Notes: generated by a model from the sequence alone, not told the origin. 64,000 nucleotides of DNA from an uncultured Eggerthella sp. (GCA_958431815.1 CAUASB010000002.1:121690-185689), one strand, 5' to 3'. Shown: positions 18,781 through 29,514, counted from the first letter of the stretch. Numbers and translations: made by a program.

Positions 18781-19655
18781 GCGACCTCAAAAGGCTCGAT
18801 TTCGCTCAAGGAGAGCTTTCTTCCAAGGGCGCTTAAACAATCTTGGACGTACAGGGAAATCACCGAGCTCAAACGGTAAGAGCCACCACGATAAGGAATT
18901 GCGGTATTCAGCATATCAACCAATAACCGCCTGATGCTCTTAGAAAACTCACCCTCGACATTGTCGTAAACCAATTTGTCGACAATGGGGCGAAACGGCT
19001 CCATAAGGTCACAGCTTAAATTGTATTGATTGTATTCGTTTCTGTGGCAGATGCCGATTTGGGTCAAATAGCCCCTTGCCACAATCTCCCTGTTAACCGA
19101 AGAAAGCAAGATTGAGTATCCGTAATTGAGTGCGGCATTCGTTGGAGTGTCTTGCTCTCGAGAGAATTCATTGCCAAACAAGGCTTGGAAATAAATCCGG
19201 GCCGCATGGGCTTCCCTTTGGGTTGGGTCACCCGAGCGAACCTCGGGAACGAGCTCCCGCAAACGAGCGCCCCACCCTTCTTCGGCACGAGCTTCGAGCA
19301 CGGCTGCTTGATGGGTAATTTTGTCCTGAACCACGCGCTGCCATACCCGTTTCTTGATTGGCTCACCCCATTCAAGCTGTTCACCAATCCTTTTGCTAGT
19401 GTTGTGCGCACCATATAAAGGCAAATACTGACCAATCGGATTTCGCTTCTCATCGGAAATCACAAGCGGCACCTTCTTCTTCGCAAGCTCCGATAAAAGG
19501 TAGGCGCTTATAAACGCCTGGTTGGTCTGCAAAACCACCGAGGAAAGATCGTCAAGATGAACCTTTGCGGTATCGTCTTCCTTCCGGATAACCATATACC
19601 CGCCCTTATAGGTGCACTTGCAGGGGCTCTCGATTATGACGTTTCTAAAGCCCAA
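18777..19655 (-). CDS. cas1: Cas1 (type II)
   Basis: 292 aa; N-terminus MGFRNVIIESPCKCTYKGGYMVIRKED is collinear with the Streptococcus pyogenes Cas1 N-terminus. Confidence 0.85.
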   Translation of the reverse strand: MGFRNVIIESPCKCTYKGGYMVIRKEDDTAKVHLDDLSSVVLQTNQAFISAYLLSELAKKKVPLVISDEKRNPIGQYLPLYGAHNTSKRIGEQLEWGEPIKKRVWQRVVQDKITHQAAVLEARAEEGWGARLRELVPEVRSGDPTQREAHAARIYFQALFGNEFSREQDTPTNAALNYGYSILLSSVNREIVARGYLTQIGICHRNEYNQYNLSCDLMEPFRPIVDKLVYDNVEGEFSKSIRRLLVDMLNTAIPYRGGSYRLSSVISLYVQDCLSALGRKLSLSEIEPFEVA

Positions 19656-22600
19656 TTCGAGTCCGTCTCTCGAACATACCCGTTACGGACTGATCAACGA
19701 TTACAAAATCGACCTCCGGATCAGAGATAAGCTTTGAATAATTCGGCTGCAGTGCCCCAGCGAACTTGCTCCCGCCGACCATCGAAAGATCAACTTTGTT
19801 CATCACGGCATTGATCGAAGAGATTAGAGACCTTACGGCGCTTATTTTAGAAACAGAGTCAACGCTAGCAAAAGCCTCCTTAACATCGTCGATATGAAGA
19901 ATATCGTAGTGCTTTACTCCAATCAGCTTGCCTTGCTTTGATATTGAGAGGAATACCGCTTCAGCAGACCCAACCCTCTCATTTAGAGGAGCACTCTCAT
20001 CGAGCATGTTAGACAGGCATTTAACCTCATCTTGCGAAAAGGAGAGTTGGCGAGCATTTCTCATCTCGCTCTTTCCGGTAACTGAAAATCTATCCCCATC
20101 AATCTCAATCAGTTGCTTCTTGAGGATCTTCGCCCTTTCGATGCGAACAAACTTGAGCTTCTCGGCTTCAGCAAGCTCCATCGCATAGCGCTCTAAGGCG
20201 CTCTTATCCCCCTCTATTTGAGACGCCAACCATACAGGGACTTCTGCAAAACGGAACACCCGTTTATCCTTCTTGTCTCGTGCTTCATATACGAAGAAGT
20301 AGGCAAACTGCTGGCTTGAGAAACCACCGTATTTCTTCGGATCAAGACCCTTCTTCAAAGGAAGGGCAAGCTTCGGGCCCATTTTTGGATCTCGCGGAGA
20401 ATAAATCGTCGCCTTCCAGAATGTTCCCGTATCCTCAACAGGCATACGAGAGATATAGCACTGCCTACAATTCAGCGCTTTGCGAATACCCTCAACCTCA
20501 GCTTCGGCATCCCAAGCATCCTTGAATATCTCGCCCGTTTCCTTATCGAAGCCCGAGCTCATAAAGCTGTTCACGATAAAGCCGCTCGTGCCTGGCGCAT
20601 GATGGTCGCGATTGAACAACTTCGACTGTTGACGAACATATTTTTCCATCGCACGAGTCATGGCGATGGGATTCTCGTATACCTTCGGATGGCGCATCTG
20701 AATAAACAGGCCCATGCGACACGCCAAATAAGCATCGTGCGCATGATGGAAATCGTTCGCCTCACGGCACTTTACGAAACCAGCAGCCTCACGCAAATCA
20801 TGAGACATGCTCGCCTTCACAGGAACGATTTGCGTTTCAGGGTAGCGAACAGAAAGCAATGACCCGGCAAGCTTAACGCTTTGGCTGGTTTCTACTAGCT
20901 GACGAGCAACAAAACCTTTCATCGCCTTTTCATCAATACGGTCGCGCAACAAATTGCGATGTTTCTTCGGGCCGATTAGCTTCGCGTCAAGAAGCGCATT
21001 CCAATACGGCTTCATCTTGTGACGAATTCCCTGAGGGAGAAGCATTGCATCGGTTTTGCTTTGGTTGAATTCTCTTAGCACCAAAGCCTTATTTTCCAAG
21101 CTATCGTCTTTGATGTACGAACGGGGGATGATGTGGTCCACCTCGTAATCGCCGCTTGATAACCTATTGATGTCGATAGGCTCACCGGAATACAGGCATT
21201 TGCCGCATTGCATGAAATACAATGTCAACCTCTCATCGAGTTCTACAGGCGAAATGCCTTTCAGCTCCCCTAAGGTTTCATTCCCTCCCTTGCAATACTC
21301 TGGATATTCTTTTTTGAATACCGTCAGCGCCTCTTTCAGCGCATCGTAGCGACGCTTGGTTCTTTTCCCTCGCTTATCCAGTTCATCATCACGAGTAACC
21401 TCGATAAATACGTTTTTAGGATCTTTGCCGGCAATCTTAGCAATCTCGTCCACAATGCGGATGGTTTGGTTCAAGTTCCTGCGGATAGCGGGAGAGCCAG
21501 GCAGTTCGTTCACTTCAAGGGATTTTCCCTTTTTGCCGAAGTAATTCTGGTTGAATTCATCGATCTTCTTTTGGAAGCCCAGATCTTCATCGCGAAGGAT
21601 TTCCATCATCACCATGGTGCGACCCTTGCTGCCTGCATTTGGATCACCTTCACGGAGCACATCCATGATAGAACGGGGTCCACAATCAGTATCTACCTTG
21701 ATACCGGTCAGGAACCTCTGGGAGAGTCTGCCCCACCCAGTGAAACGCTTACGGCAAATCTTCCTGATCTGCTCGTTATTCAAGCGACCATTCCCTTTGG
21801 GGCCATAGGTTTCCTCGAGCTTTTCCTTAAGGATCTTCCTATCCTCGAACAACGTATTCCACAGGATAATCTGCTCAATCATTGGGTAATCGGCAGGGTC
21901 AATTACATCAACGTCGAAGATATCCTTTCGGAAGAAGAAATACGATGAGAGCTTCGACTCGTAGCCGCTTTCACCTTGGCCGCCACGAACATGAACGTTC
22001 ATATGACCAAGCTCACGCTCAAGAAAGTTCGCGACGTCTTTGTACTTAATGGTCTTCTTTTTCTTGAACAGCTCTTCGATAATGGCTTCCCTATCGGCAG
22101 CATCGAATCGGTATTCCCTATCACCATCCATGCTCCACTTAGAACCATTGAGTTCATTGAGCACGCAGTACTCTTCGTATAGCAAAGAACACTTCGGCAG
22201 CACGTCTTCGCCTTGAAGGTATGAGCACATGCCCGTCATGCGCGTGATAAATGCTTCGGCACTTTTGCCCTTGTCGATAACCTCGTCCCAATTCCATGGG
22301 GTAATAGCAACACCTTCCATGCCAGGCTTGCGCGCAGACCAAGCAAAACGATTCTGGCCATGCTTATCTTTACGCGCATTCTTGCTGGTAAGCGGGCCAA
22401 CATAGTAGGGAATACGGAACGATACAAGAGATTTGATTTTGCTCGCGTTTTCCACAAGGAAAGGATAGTGCTTGCCCTGGTTTTCGATAATGGCACTCAG
22501 CTCTTCGAGATGCAGCTGATAGTAAATACTCCCATTGTCGCTGGTCTTCAGCCTACGCAAGAACCGTTGCTCTCCAAAATCAGCCATCATACGCTGGTAG

Positions 22601-23857
22601 CGCGGATCTTCTTCTGCCGCACTTCCCGCAAACAGCTTTTTCACTGCTTTTTCGAAGTCCTCGTACGCCATCTTGGAAGTGCCTAAGTTGTACTTTGTGT
22701 AGCCCTTAGCTTTTGAAGCGTTGTAGATGTTCAGCACACGCCCATCTGCATCACGGTAGAATTCGCCTCTGAAAAAAGAATCGTATTCGCTTGGAACGTA
22801 TTCGCGAACAAGCGCCTTGAGCGTTTTAAGGTCTTCGGCGTACTTGCAGTATTTAGCAACCATATTCGACGAAATGGTTTCGCCCGGCGCATACGACAAA
22901 AGCCCCTACAGCACATAAGCCGAGTACACCCCGCAAAGCGCGTTGAACAGTTCTGCCCCCCTCATCGGGAATCGCTTCGCGCAAAGCATCTACCGCTTCA
23001 TCGTTAGAAAGGTAGATGGAGGTTTGCTCTGCCGTCATTTCGCCAAACACATTCTTGAACTCGGCTTTCAAGCCAACCATGGCTCCCGCCAAAGCATCGT
23101 TGCATGCTTTGCTTTCCTTCGCGCCGTCGTTCATAGCAACTCCAATAAGAGACGCAATTCGCTTCTTTTTATCGGAATTGGCAGTGTGCTCTTCCTCAAG
23201 AATCGAAAGGATCTTTTTCGGCCTTTCATCTTGTGCGCCAGGATCAAATTCGTAACCAAGCTCGGCACACCAATCCGCCAACGCCGACCACAACGACCTC
23301 AGCGCATCAAGGGGCTGAGCATTCTTAGCACTCAGGTTCGTGCTTTCCTGGCGAAGGAAATTGCCACGATGCTTCACGATGTTATGCGCCGCCAGATAGA
23401 TAAGACGGATATCGGCCTTTTCATTCGTTTCCATAAGCCACTTACGAAGGTGGTAAATGGTAGGAAATTTCTTGTAGTAATCCGCTTCCGCGAAATCCGA
23501 ATCATTGAACAAGGGATGACCGTATTCACGATGATCCTCTTCCCTGTCTTCCTTCAGCAACCGCGCCTGACGAAGCCTGATAAAGAATTCAGGATCGACC
23601 TTCGAAACCTCTTCATCGAAGAGGCCTTGCAGTAAATCCAGGCGCCAACGACGACGAACATACCGCCTGCGCTGCCCACGGGGAATCCGAGCAGAAGCAG
23701 CTGTTTCTGCTGTATCGAACAATCGACTGCCCCACGTAGGCTGCTTCTTGAAATGGAGCAATTGCCCATCTTCATCGGTTACTGCCCAGCCGACCGACCC
23801 AGTGCCCATGTCCAGGCCGATATTGTATTCACCTTTGTAGTTCCTTAAATTAGCCAC
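19645..23857 (-). pseudogene. cas9: cas9 (type II-A) disrupted by a -1 frameshift and an in-frame TAG
   Basis: N-terminal frame (to 22853) has RuvC-I IGLDMGTGSVGWAV and is collinear with SpCas9 up to ..IPDEGG. C-terminal frame (19645..22905) has the HNH motif DYEVDHIIPRS and RuvC-III NDFHHAHDAYL. GTG start at 23857. Confidence 0.8.
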
Positions 23858-23892
23858 TTGAATCCCCCTTGCGGTGTGTTACAGTGAGCTTG

Positions 23893-24030
23893 TCCCGATG
23901 ATTACCAGTCAGGACGACACTGCGAGTCAAAATACGGCCTAGCCAAAAATGTCTCTCTTATGAGTGACGTCCCGTAGGGGACAAATCTTTTGACTTGATA
24001 AAGAGCCTCATTGGAGGCTCTTTTTTTGTT
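23893..24030 (+). ncRNA. tracrRNA, divergent from cas9
   Basis: Anti-repeat 23898-23934 (GATGATTACCAGTCAGGACGACACTGCGAGTCAAAA) is complementary to the crRNA repeat with bulges. Downstream are GUCCCGUAGGGGAC and a terminator AGAGCCUCAUUGGAGGCUCUUUUUUU (24002-24028). Upstream is TTGAAT-16-TACAGT. Confidence 0.7.
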
Positions 24031-24312
24031 TCTCATATACTAACTCGCCTGTTGCGCAATGCGCCTTAGCTGTGAGCTAAGGCAGGCCAATGCAAATGCC
24101 TTTCCGCTGAACGGTTTTCCAATTCCAATGAATCAGCCCATTAATCTGCGGTTTTGCAAGTTTGAAGTCAGCGTATTCCTTTGTTACGTTTTATGTGTCC
24201 AAGAAAGTACCCACGCAGAAACTTGATATGTGCTAATGCACTCTGTCAGACTTTCTTCACCCGCATCCCAACAAAAGCAATCCGACCAGAAGCAGCATCC
24301 CCATACCATCTT

Positions 24313-24352
24313 TACGAAAAGAAAAAGGCTGTCCGCGAAAGCGGACAGCCTT
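24313..24352 (-). terminator. Intrinsic terminator after pth
   Basis: Hairpin GGCTGTCCGC-gaaa-GCGGACAGCC followed by a U-tract on the minus strand. Confidence 0.6.
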
Positions 24353-24357
24353 TGCTG

Positions 24358-24936
24358 TTAATGCTGGTTGAACACGTCCTGCGTTCGGGCCAGACCCTTT
24401 TCCAGGAGCGACTCCACCGCTTCTGCGGCCCTTTGGCAGGCTTGGTCGAAGTCTTCCTTGGCCTCCTTCTTCGGGGTCCCAAGCACGAAGTCGACCACGC
24501 TCATCCTTCCGGGCGGGCGGCCGATGCCCGTGCGTACGCGCAGGAAATCGCGCGAGCCGCACTTCTCGATGATGGACTTCAGGCCGTTGTGGCCCGCATG
24601 CCCGCCGCCCTTCTTCACCTTCACGGTGCCAGGGTCGATATCAAGCTCGTCGTGCACCACGATAAGCTCTTCAACCGGGCAATCGTATTCACGGCACAGC
24701 TTCGAAGCAGGCCCGCCGGAAAGGTTCATGTAACTTTGGGGCTTCGCCAAAATCACCTTTTCAACGTCGCCATTGCCATGGCGCATCTTACCTTCGCCCA
24801 CCAGCGCGCCGCAGGTGTTCTTCCAATACGTAACGCCCCACTCGTTTGCCAGGATATCGATTACCTCGAACCCGGCATTGTGACGCGTGTGCGCGTATTC
24901 TTCCCCTGGGTTACCCAGGCCAACAACTACACGCAT
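24358..24936 (-). CDS. pth: Peptidyl-tRNA hydrolase
   Basis: MRVVVGLGNPGEEYAHTRHNAGF. Confidence 0.9.
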   Translation of the reverse strand: MRVVVGLGNPGEEYAHTRHNAGFEVIDILANEWGVTYWKNTCGALVGEGKMRHGNGDVEKVILAKPQSYMNLSGGPASKLCREYDCPVEELIVVHDELDIDPGTVKVKKGGGHAGHNGLKSIIEKCGSRDFLRVRTGIGRPPGRMSVVDFVLGTPKKEAKEDFDQACQRAAEAVESLLEKGLARTQDVFNQH

Positions 24937-24939
24937 GCC

Positions 24940-25911
24940 TTACAGAGCGAACTCGGGGTCGAACAGTGCAGCAACCGACTTGTTGTCGTATACATTGTTG
25001 ATGGCGCTTGCCAGAAGCGGAGCAACGGAAATAACGTTGATCTTGCCCGTCTGCTTTTCAGCAGGAACCGCAACGGTGTTGCATACTACCAGCTCGTCGA
25101 TCTGGGAATTCTCGATACGCTCGTAAGCCGGACCGCTGAAGATAGGATGCGTTGCGCACACATATACCTTTTCAGCGCCCTTTTCCTTCAGGGTTGCAAC
25201 CGCAGCGCACAAGGTGCCTGCCGTGTCGATCATGTCGTCGTTTACGATGCAGATCTTGCCCTTAACATCGCCGATAAGCGCCGTGATCTCGGCCTTGTTG
25301 TGACCCGGGCGGCCCTTGTGCATGATGGCCAGGTCGGAATGAAGCATGTCGGAAAGCTTCTTGGCTGCCTTTGCACGACCAACGTCGGGGCTTACCACAC
25401 ACAGCTTTTCAGTGTCGATATTCTTCTTGCGGAAGTAATCGGCGAAGATGGGCAGCGCCGTAAGGTGATCAACCGGGGTGTCGAAGAAGCCCTGGATCTG
25501 GCCCTGGTGCAAATCGATGGTGATGGTGCGGTCGATGCCGGCAGCCGTCATGAGGTTGGCAACCAGCTTTGCTGTAATAGGCTCACGAGCTGCAGCCTTG
25601 CGATCCTGACGAGCATAGCCATAGCACGGAACAACGGCGTTGATAGTGCGGGCAGAAGCACGCTTAGCAGCATCGGCCATGATCAGCAGTTCCATAACCG
25701 CTTCGTTAACATTGGGCGTAGAGGTGGACTGCACGATGAACACATCAGCGCCGCGAACGCTTTCCAGGTAACGTGCGTAGATTTCGCCGTTCGAGAACTT
25801 CTCGAGCTTCACGTTACCGAGCGAAGTGCCCAGCGCCGTAGCGATATCCTCTGCCAGTTTAGGGCAGGTTGACCCGGCGAAAATCGCCATGGTCTTGGTC
25901 ATGTTGCTCAT
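24940..25911 (-). CDS. prs: Ribose-phosphate pyrophosphokinase (start MSNMTKTMAIFAGS; the track ORF extends to 25935)
   Basis: PRPP synthetase motifs DLHxxQIQGFF and the PRPP-binding loop. Confidence 0.85.
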   Translation of the reverse strand: MSNMTKTMAIFAGSTCPKLAEDIATALGTSLGNVKLEKFSNGEIYARYLESVRGADVFIVQSTSTPNVNEAVMELLIMADAAKRASARTINAVVPCYGYARQDRKAAAREPITAKLVANLMTAAGIDRTITIDLHQGQIQGFFDTPVDHLTALPIFADYFRKKNIDTEKLCVVSPDVGRAKAAKKLSDMLHSDLAIMHKGRPGHNKAEITALIGDVKGKICIVNDDMIDTAGTLCAAVATLKEKGAEKVYVCATHPIFSGPAYERIENSQIDELVVCNTVAVPAEKQTGKINVISVAPLLASAINNVYDNKSVAALFDPEFAL

Positions 25912-27290
25912 TAGTTCTTCTTCCTCTCGTTCCAATGCTCGATTTCCGTCTGACGGGCACGACCCAAGCCAAGGGCCCCCGCTGAAACGTCTTTAGTGAT
26001 AACAGAACCGGCACCGATAAGGGAGTTCTCCCCCAGCGTTACCGGAGCAACCATCATTACGTCGCTGCCCACAAAGCAGTTGTCGCCAATGGTGGTGGGC
26101 CATTTCTTTTCGCCATCGTAGTTGCAGGTAATGCTGCCAGCACCGATGTTGACGCCTTCGCCCATGGTGGTGTCGCCGATATAGCTCAGGTGCGGCACCT
26201 TGCTGCCCTTACCGATGGTGGATTTCTTGATTTCTACATGCGTGCCTGCTTTAGAGCCGTCGCACATATGCGTGCCGGGGCGCAGGTACGCGCGCGGACC
26301 ACAAGTTACGTCGGCGTCGAGCACGGTTTCGATGGCAACGGTTTCCTCTACCGTGCAGCCCGTGCCAACCGTGGTGTCGGTAAGGCGGGAATTGGGACCG
26401 ATAACACTGCCCGTGGCAATAGAGGTGTTGCCCATGAGGAAGGTCATGGGAAGGATCTCGGCATCAGCTTCGATGGTTACATCGGGACCGATCCACGTGG
26501 TGGCAGGGTCCATGATGGCAACGCCGTTGTCCATATGCATGCCGTTGATGCGCTGCTGCAGCACCTTGGTGGCCTCTGCCAGCTGACGGCGGGAATTGAC
26601 GCCCAGGCACTCGGATGCGTCTTCAGCCTTCAGGCCAAGAACGCGCTTGCCCTGATTGCGGGCAATGCCCAAAACGTCGGTAAGGTAGTACTCGCCCTGC
26701 GCGTTATCGGTGGAAACTTCTTCCAACGCGGCAAACAGGGTTTCGATATCGAAGCAGTAGAAACCGGAATTGCATTCGGTAACCGCAGCCTGCTCGGGCG
26801 TGCAGTCCTTCTGCTCGACGATTTCCTGAACATCGCCCGCAGCATCGCGAATGATGCGACCATAGCCAGTGGGATCTTCCGCTTCCATGGTAAGCACAAC
26901 CACAGCAGCGTTTGCCTCTTCGCGCGTGCGAACAAGCTCGGCGATGGTTTCAGCGCGAACCAGGGGCGAATCGCCCGTAAGAACCACAAGGGAACCCGTA
27001 CGGCCTTCAAGCGCTTTGCGCGCAGCCAATACAGCATGGGCCGTTCCCAACTGTTCTTCCTGAACAACCGTGGTTACGTCGGTCAGGAGCGGCTCAACCT
27101 GCTCGCGTCCATGGCCGACAACGCCAACAACGGAATCGATGCCTGCAGCATGTGCGGCATCGACGACCCAACGAACAAGGGGCTTGCCGAAGATTTCGTG
27201 AGCCACCTTGGGTTTAGATGATTTCATGCGGGTACCTGCACCCGCAGCAAGAATAAGAGCTGATGCTTCCATGGACGCCTTTCTGCTCAA
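25911..27290 (-). CDS. glmU: Bifunctional GlcNAc-1-P uridyltransferase / glucosamine-1-P acetyltransferase
   Basis: N-terminal LILAAGAGTRMKS nucleotidyltransferase motif plus C-terminal left-handed beta-helix hexapeptide repeats. Confidence 0.9.
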   Translation of the reverse strand: MSRKASMEASALILAAGAGTRMKSSKPKVAHEIFGKPLVRWVVDAAHAAGIDSVVGVVGHGREQVEPLLTDVTTVVQEEQLGTAHAVLAARKALEGRTGSLVVLTGDSPLVRAETIAELVRTREEANAAVVVLTMEAEDPTGYGRIIRDAAGDVQEIVEQKDCTPEQAAVTECNSGFYCFDIETLFAALEEVSTDNAQGEYYLTDVLGIARNQGKRVLGLKAEDASECLGVNSRRQLAEATKVLQQRINGMHMDNGVAIMDPATTWIGPDVTIEADAEILPMTFLMGNTSIATGSVIGPNSRLTDTTVGTGCTVEETVAIETVLDADVTCGPRAYLRPGTHMCDGSKAGTHVEIKKSTIGKGSKVPHLSYIGDTTMGEGVNIGAGSITCNYDGEKKWPTTIGDNCFVGSDVMMVAPVTLGENSLIGAGSVITKDVSAGALGLGRARQTEIEHWNERKKN

Positions 27291-27329
27291 TTGCCTAATG
27301 CGTCCTCAGTATAGCAAAGCCAGCCAATG

Positions 27330-28247
27330 CTATCGCTGTTCCGCCATAACCAGCCCAGAACAAAGGGCGTCAAGCAACACAATTGCGTAATGTTGTGCGG
27401 AACGGTCTTCGCCGGCATCTTCCCAACCCTCTTCAGGCAGGCGAACGGCAATGCGGCGCTGATGGCCCTTCGTTGCCATGAAGGCCTGACCAATGCGGTC
27501 GGGCAGGCTTTCCTCGTCGACGAAATCTACCGTGGGAACCGTGGAAGAAGGCTTTTCGTCGCCAACAAGAATCTGCACGAAATACATGCTCTCATCGGGA
27601 GCAACCAGCAGCGAATCGGCGCTGGTAACCTTCGAGGCCGGCGTGGTGGCAAGCGCCAGGTTCGACATACGGGCAGCAACGGAACGCGTGAACTCGGAAG
27701 TGCCGAACAGGCAGATGAGGTTCGATTCCAGAACCTGGGCGGCGCGGGCAAAGCCCAAGCGCGGTACCGGGCTGAAGGAATCCTTGCCCTTCCACGAATG
27801 CTGCAAGTGCATCAGGGCACGGAACGTGAAAGCGCCGGCAATGCCGTCGTTGGGCAGGCCCATGTTCACCTGGAAACGGCGCAGAGCGTCTTCGGTGTGC
27901 ACGCCGAAAATGCCATCGCATACACCGCAGGCAAAGCCCAAAGCCGAAAGGGCTTCTTGCAGCGTGCGCACATCGGCACCGTGGAAAAACGGAACGCGCA
28001 AAAACAGGTTGCGGTCGCCCAGCTCGAACGATGCATCGACGAGCTTCGTCCAAACGGATTCGTCCACTTCTTCGCGCACTTCGATATCGCACGCATGGCA
28101 CAGCGCGGCAACGGCAGCCACCGTTGCGTCATCGAAGGTGCCCGTTACTTGATTTTCAGAAAGGTATCCAGCTTTTACGAGCCTGCGCTGCACGTCTTCA
28201 ACGGCAGCACCGGTGTCGTTTTTCTTAATGGGATTCATATGCTTCAC
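27330..28247 (-). CDS. Hypothetical protein with two putative peptidoglycan-binding (PG_binding_1-like) domains
   Basis: Repeated GxxDGxFG..T..A.. pattern; 305 aa. Confidence 0.45.
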   Translation of the reverse strand: MKHMNPIKKNDTGAAVEDVQRRLVKAGYLSENQVTGTFDDATVAAVAALCHACDIEVREEVDESVWTKLVDASFELGDRNLFLRVPFFHGADVRTLQEALSALGFACGVCDGIFGVHTEDALRRFQVNMGLPNDGIAGAFTFRALMHLQHSWKGKDSFSPVPRLGFARAAQVLESNLICLFGTSEFTRSVAARMSNLALATTPASKVTSADSLLVAPDESMYFVQILVGDEKPSSTVPTVDFVDEESLPDRIGQAFMATKGHQRRIAVRLPEEGWEDAGEDRSAQHYAIVLLDALCSGLVMAEQR

Positions 28248-29404
28248 TACTTAAGTCGGTCAACGAACCAATCTGCCATCGACACCAAAAGGTCGCGCAT
28301 CTTCGATTCGGGCAGGATCTTCGCAAGGCGCTCTTCAGCGTTGGCGGTAAGCTTTTCCGCATAAGCACGGGCATAATCGATGCTGCCTGCTTCGCGCATG
28401 ATGGAAACTGCTTCCTCCAAAACCGCCGGATCCGTTTCCTTCGAGGAAAGAATCTCTACCAAGCGGTCCCGCTTCGGGGTGTTCTGCAGCGCGTGAACCA
28501 CCACAAGCGTGCGCTTGCCTTCGGTGATGTCACTGCGATAGTCTTTTTCTTTTGCTTCCTTGGTACCAACCAGGTTAAGCAGGTCGTCCTGAATCTGGAA
28601 TGCAAGGCCGGTATCCAAACCGTAGGCGCGAAGACCTTCGATCTGCTCTTCAGTGCCGCCGCCAACCATGGCGCCAACAGCCAGAGGTACCGCGCCGGAA
28701 TAATGGGCGGTTTTGTGCGTTGCCATAACCAGATAGTCTTCAGGCGTGATGTCATAGCGGCCATCACGTGCCCAACCGATGTCGAGCGCCTGGCCTTCCA
28801 CCGTGCTCTGCGCCATGGAAACCAGCTCTATTGCAACACGAACTTTCATGGAATCGGAAAGCAGCGGATCGCGCATAACGATACCGTTGACGATGGAAAG
28901 CGCCAAGTCGCCAGCATTGATGGCCAAACCTTCGCCCTGGGTAAGGTGCATGCAGGGCTCGCCGCGGCGCAGGCTTGCCTCGTCGGCAATGTCGTCATGG
29001 ATAAGGGCGGCTGTATGGAAATGCTCAATTGCCGCCGATGCGGAAAACGCCTGGCGGATATCGCCTCCCACAGCCGCACACGCCGCCACGCAGATAAGCG
29101 GACGATGGCGCTTGCCGCCGTTTTCGCTGTACTTGGTAAGCGGAGTGTACAGGTACTTGTCCATATCGGGATGGCTACCCGTAGGAATGAACGTATTGAT
29201 GATGGTTCCGACTTTGCCCGCATAGCGGTTCAAGTACGACTCGAACAGAGCAGGAGAGCCTGGCTCGACAGAAGCGTCTTCTGTTTTGCAGTAAGCCTCG
29301 AAATCCTCAATGTCTTTCACAATTTGGGGATCCTGCATGTAAGGTGCGATGTCAGTCATCTTCAACGCTTTCCGCTTGACGCTTTCTATGCAACGCCTTG
29401 GCAC
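28247..29404 (-). CDS. Polyprenyl diphosphate synthase
   Basis: FARM motif LIHDDIADE and second motif QIQDDLLN. Confidence 0.8.
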   Translation of the reverse strand: MPRRCIESVKRKALKMTDIAPYMQDPQIVKDIEDFEAYCKTEDASVEPGSPALFESYLNRYAGKVGTIINTFIPTGSHPDMDKYLYTPLTKYSENGGKRHRPLICVAACAAVGGDIRQAFSASAAIEHFHTAALIHDDIADEASLRRGEPCMHLTQGEGLAINAGDLALSIVNGIVMRDPLLSDSMKVRVAIELVSMAQSTVEGQALDIGWARDGRYDITPEDYLVMATHKTAHYSGAVPLAVGAMVGGGTEEQIEGLRAYGLDTGLAFQIQDDLLNLVGTKEAKEKDYRSDITEGKRTLVVVHALQNTPKRDRLVEILSSKETDPAVLEEAVSIMREAGSIDYARAYAEKLTANAEERLAKILPESKMRDLLVSMADWFVDRLK

Positions 29405-29429
29405 AAGCCAAGGACAAGTAATTCAGAAC

Positions 29430-29514
29430 TGGTAGGAGCGGTGGGACTCGAACCCACAAACCCGAAGGTGGCGGATTTTAAGTCCGCTGTGTATGCCAAT
29501 TCCACCACGCTCCC
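29430..29514 (-). tRNA. tRNA-Leu (anticodon UAA)
   Basis: Cloverleaf: anticodon loop CUUAAAA, long variable arm, T-arm GGTTCGAGTCC, encoded CCA. Confidence 0.75.

Noticed and set aside
19645-23857. cas9 as two genuine separate genes, or a programmed frameshift
   Set aside because: The lesions are a simple homopolymer -1 shift plus a separate nonsense codon in the corrected frame. Neither ORF alone is a complete Cas9 (the N-terminal fragment lacks HNH and RuvC-II/III; the C-terminal fragment lacks RuvC-I).
24030-24357. Small ORFs or anti-CRISPR candidates between the tracrRNA and pth
   Set aside because: Only very short ORFs without an RBS. The region is better explained as a promoter/terminator spacer, including the pth terminator hairpin.
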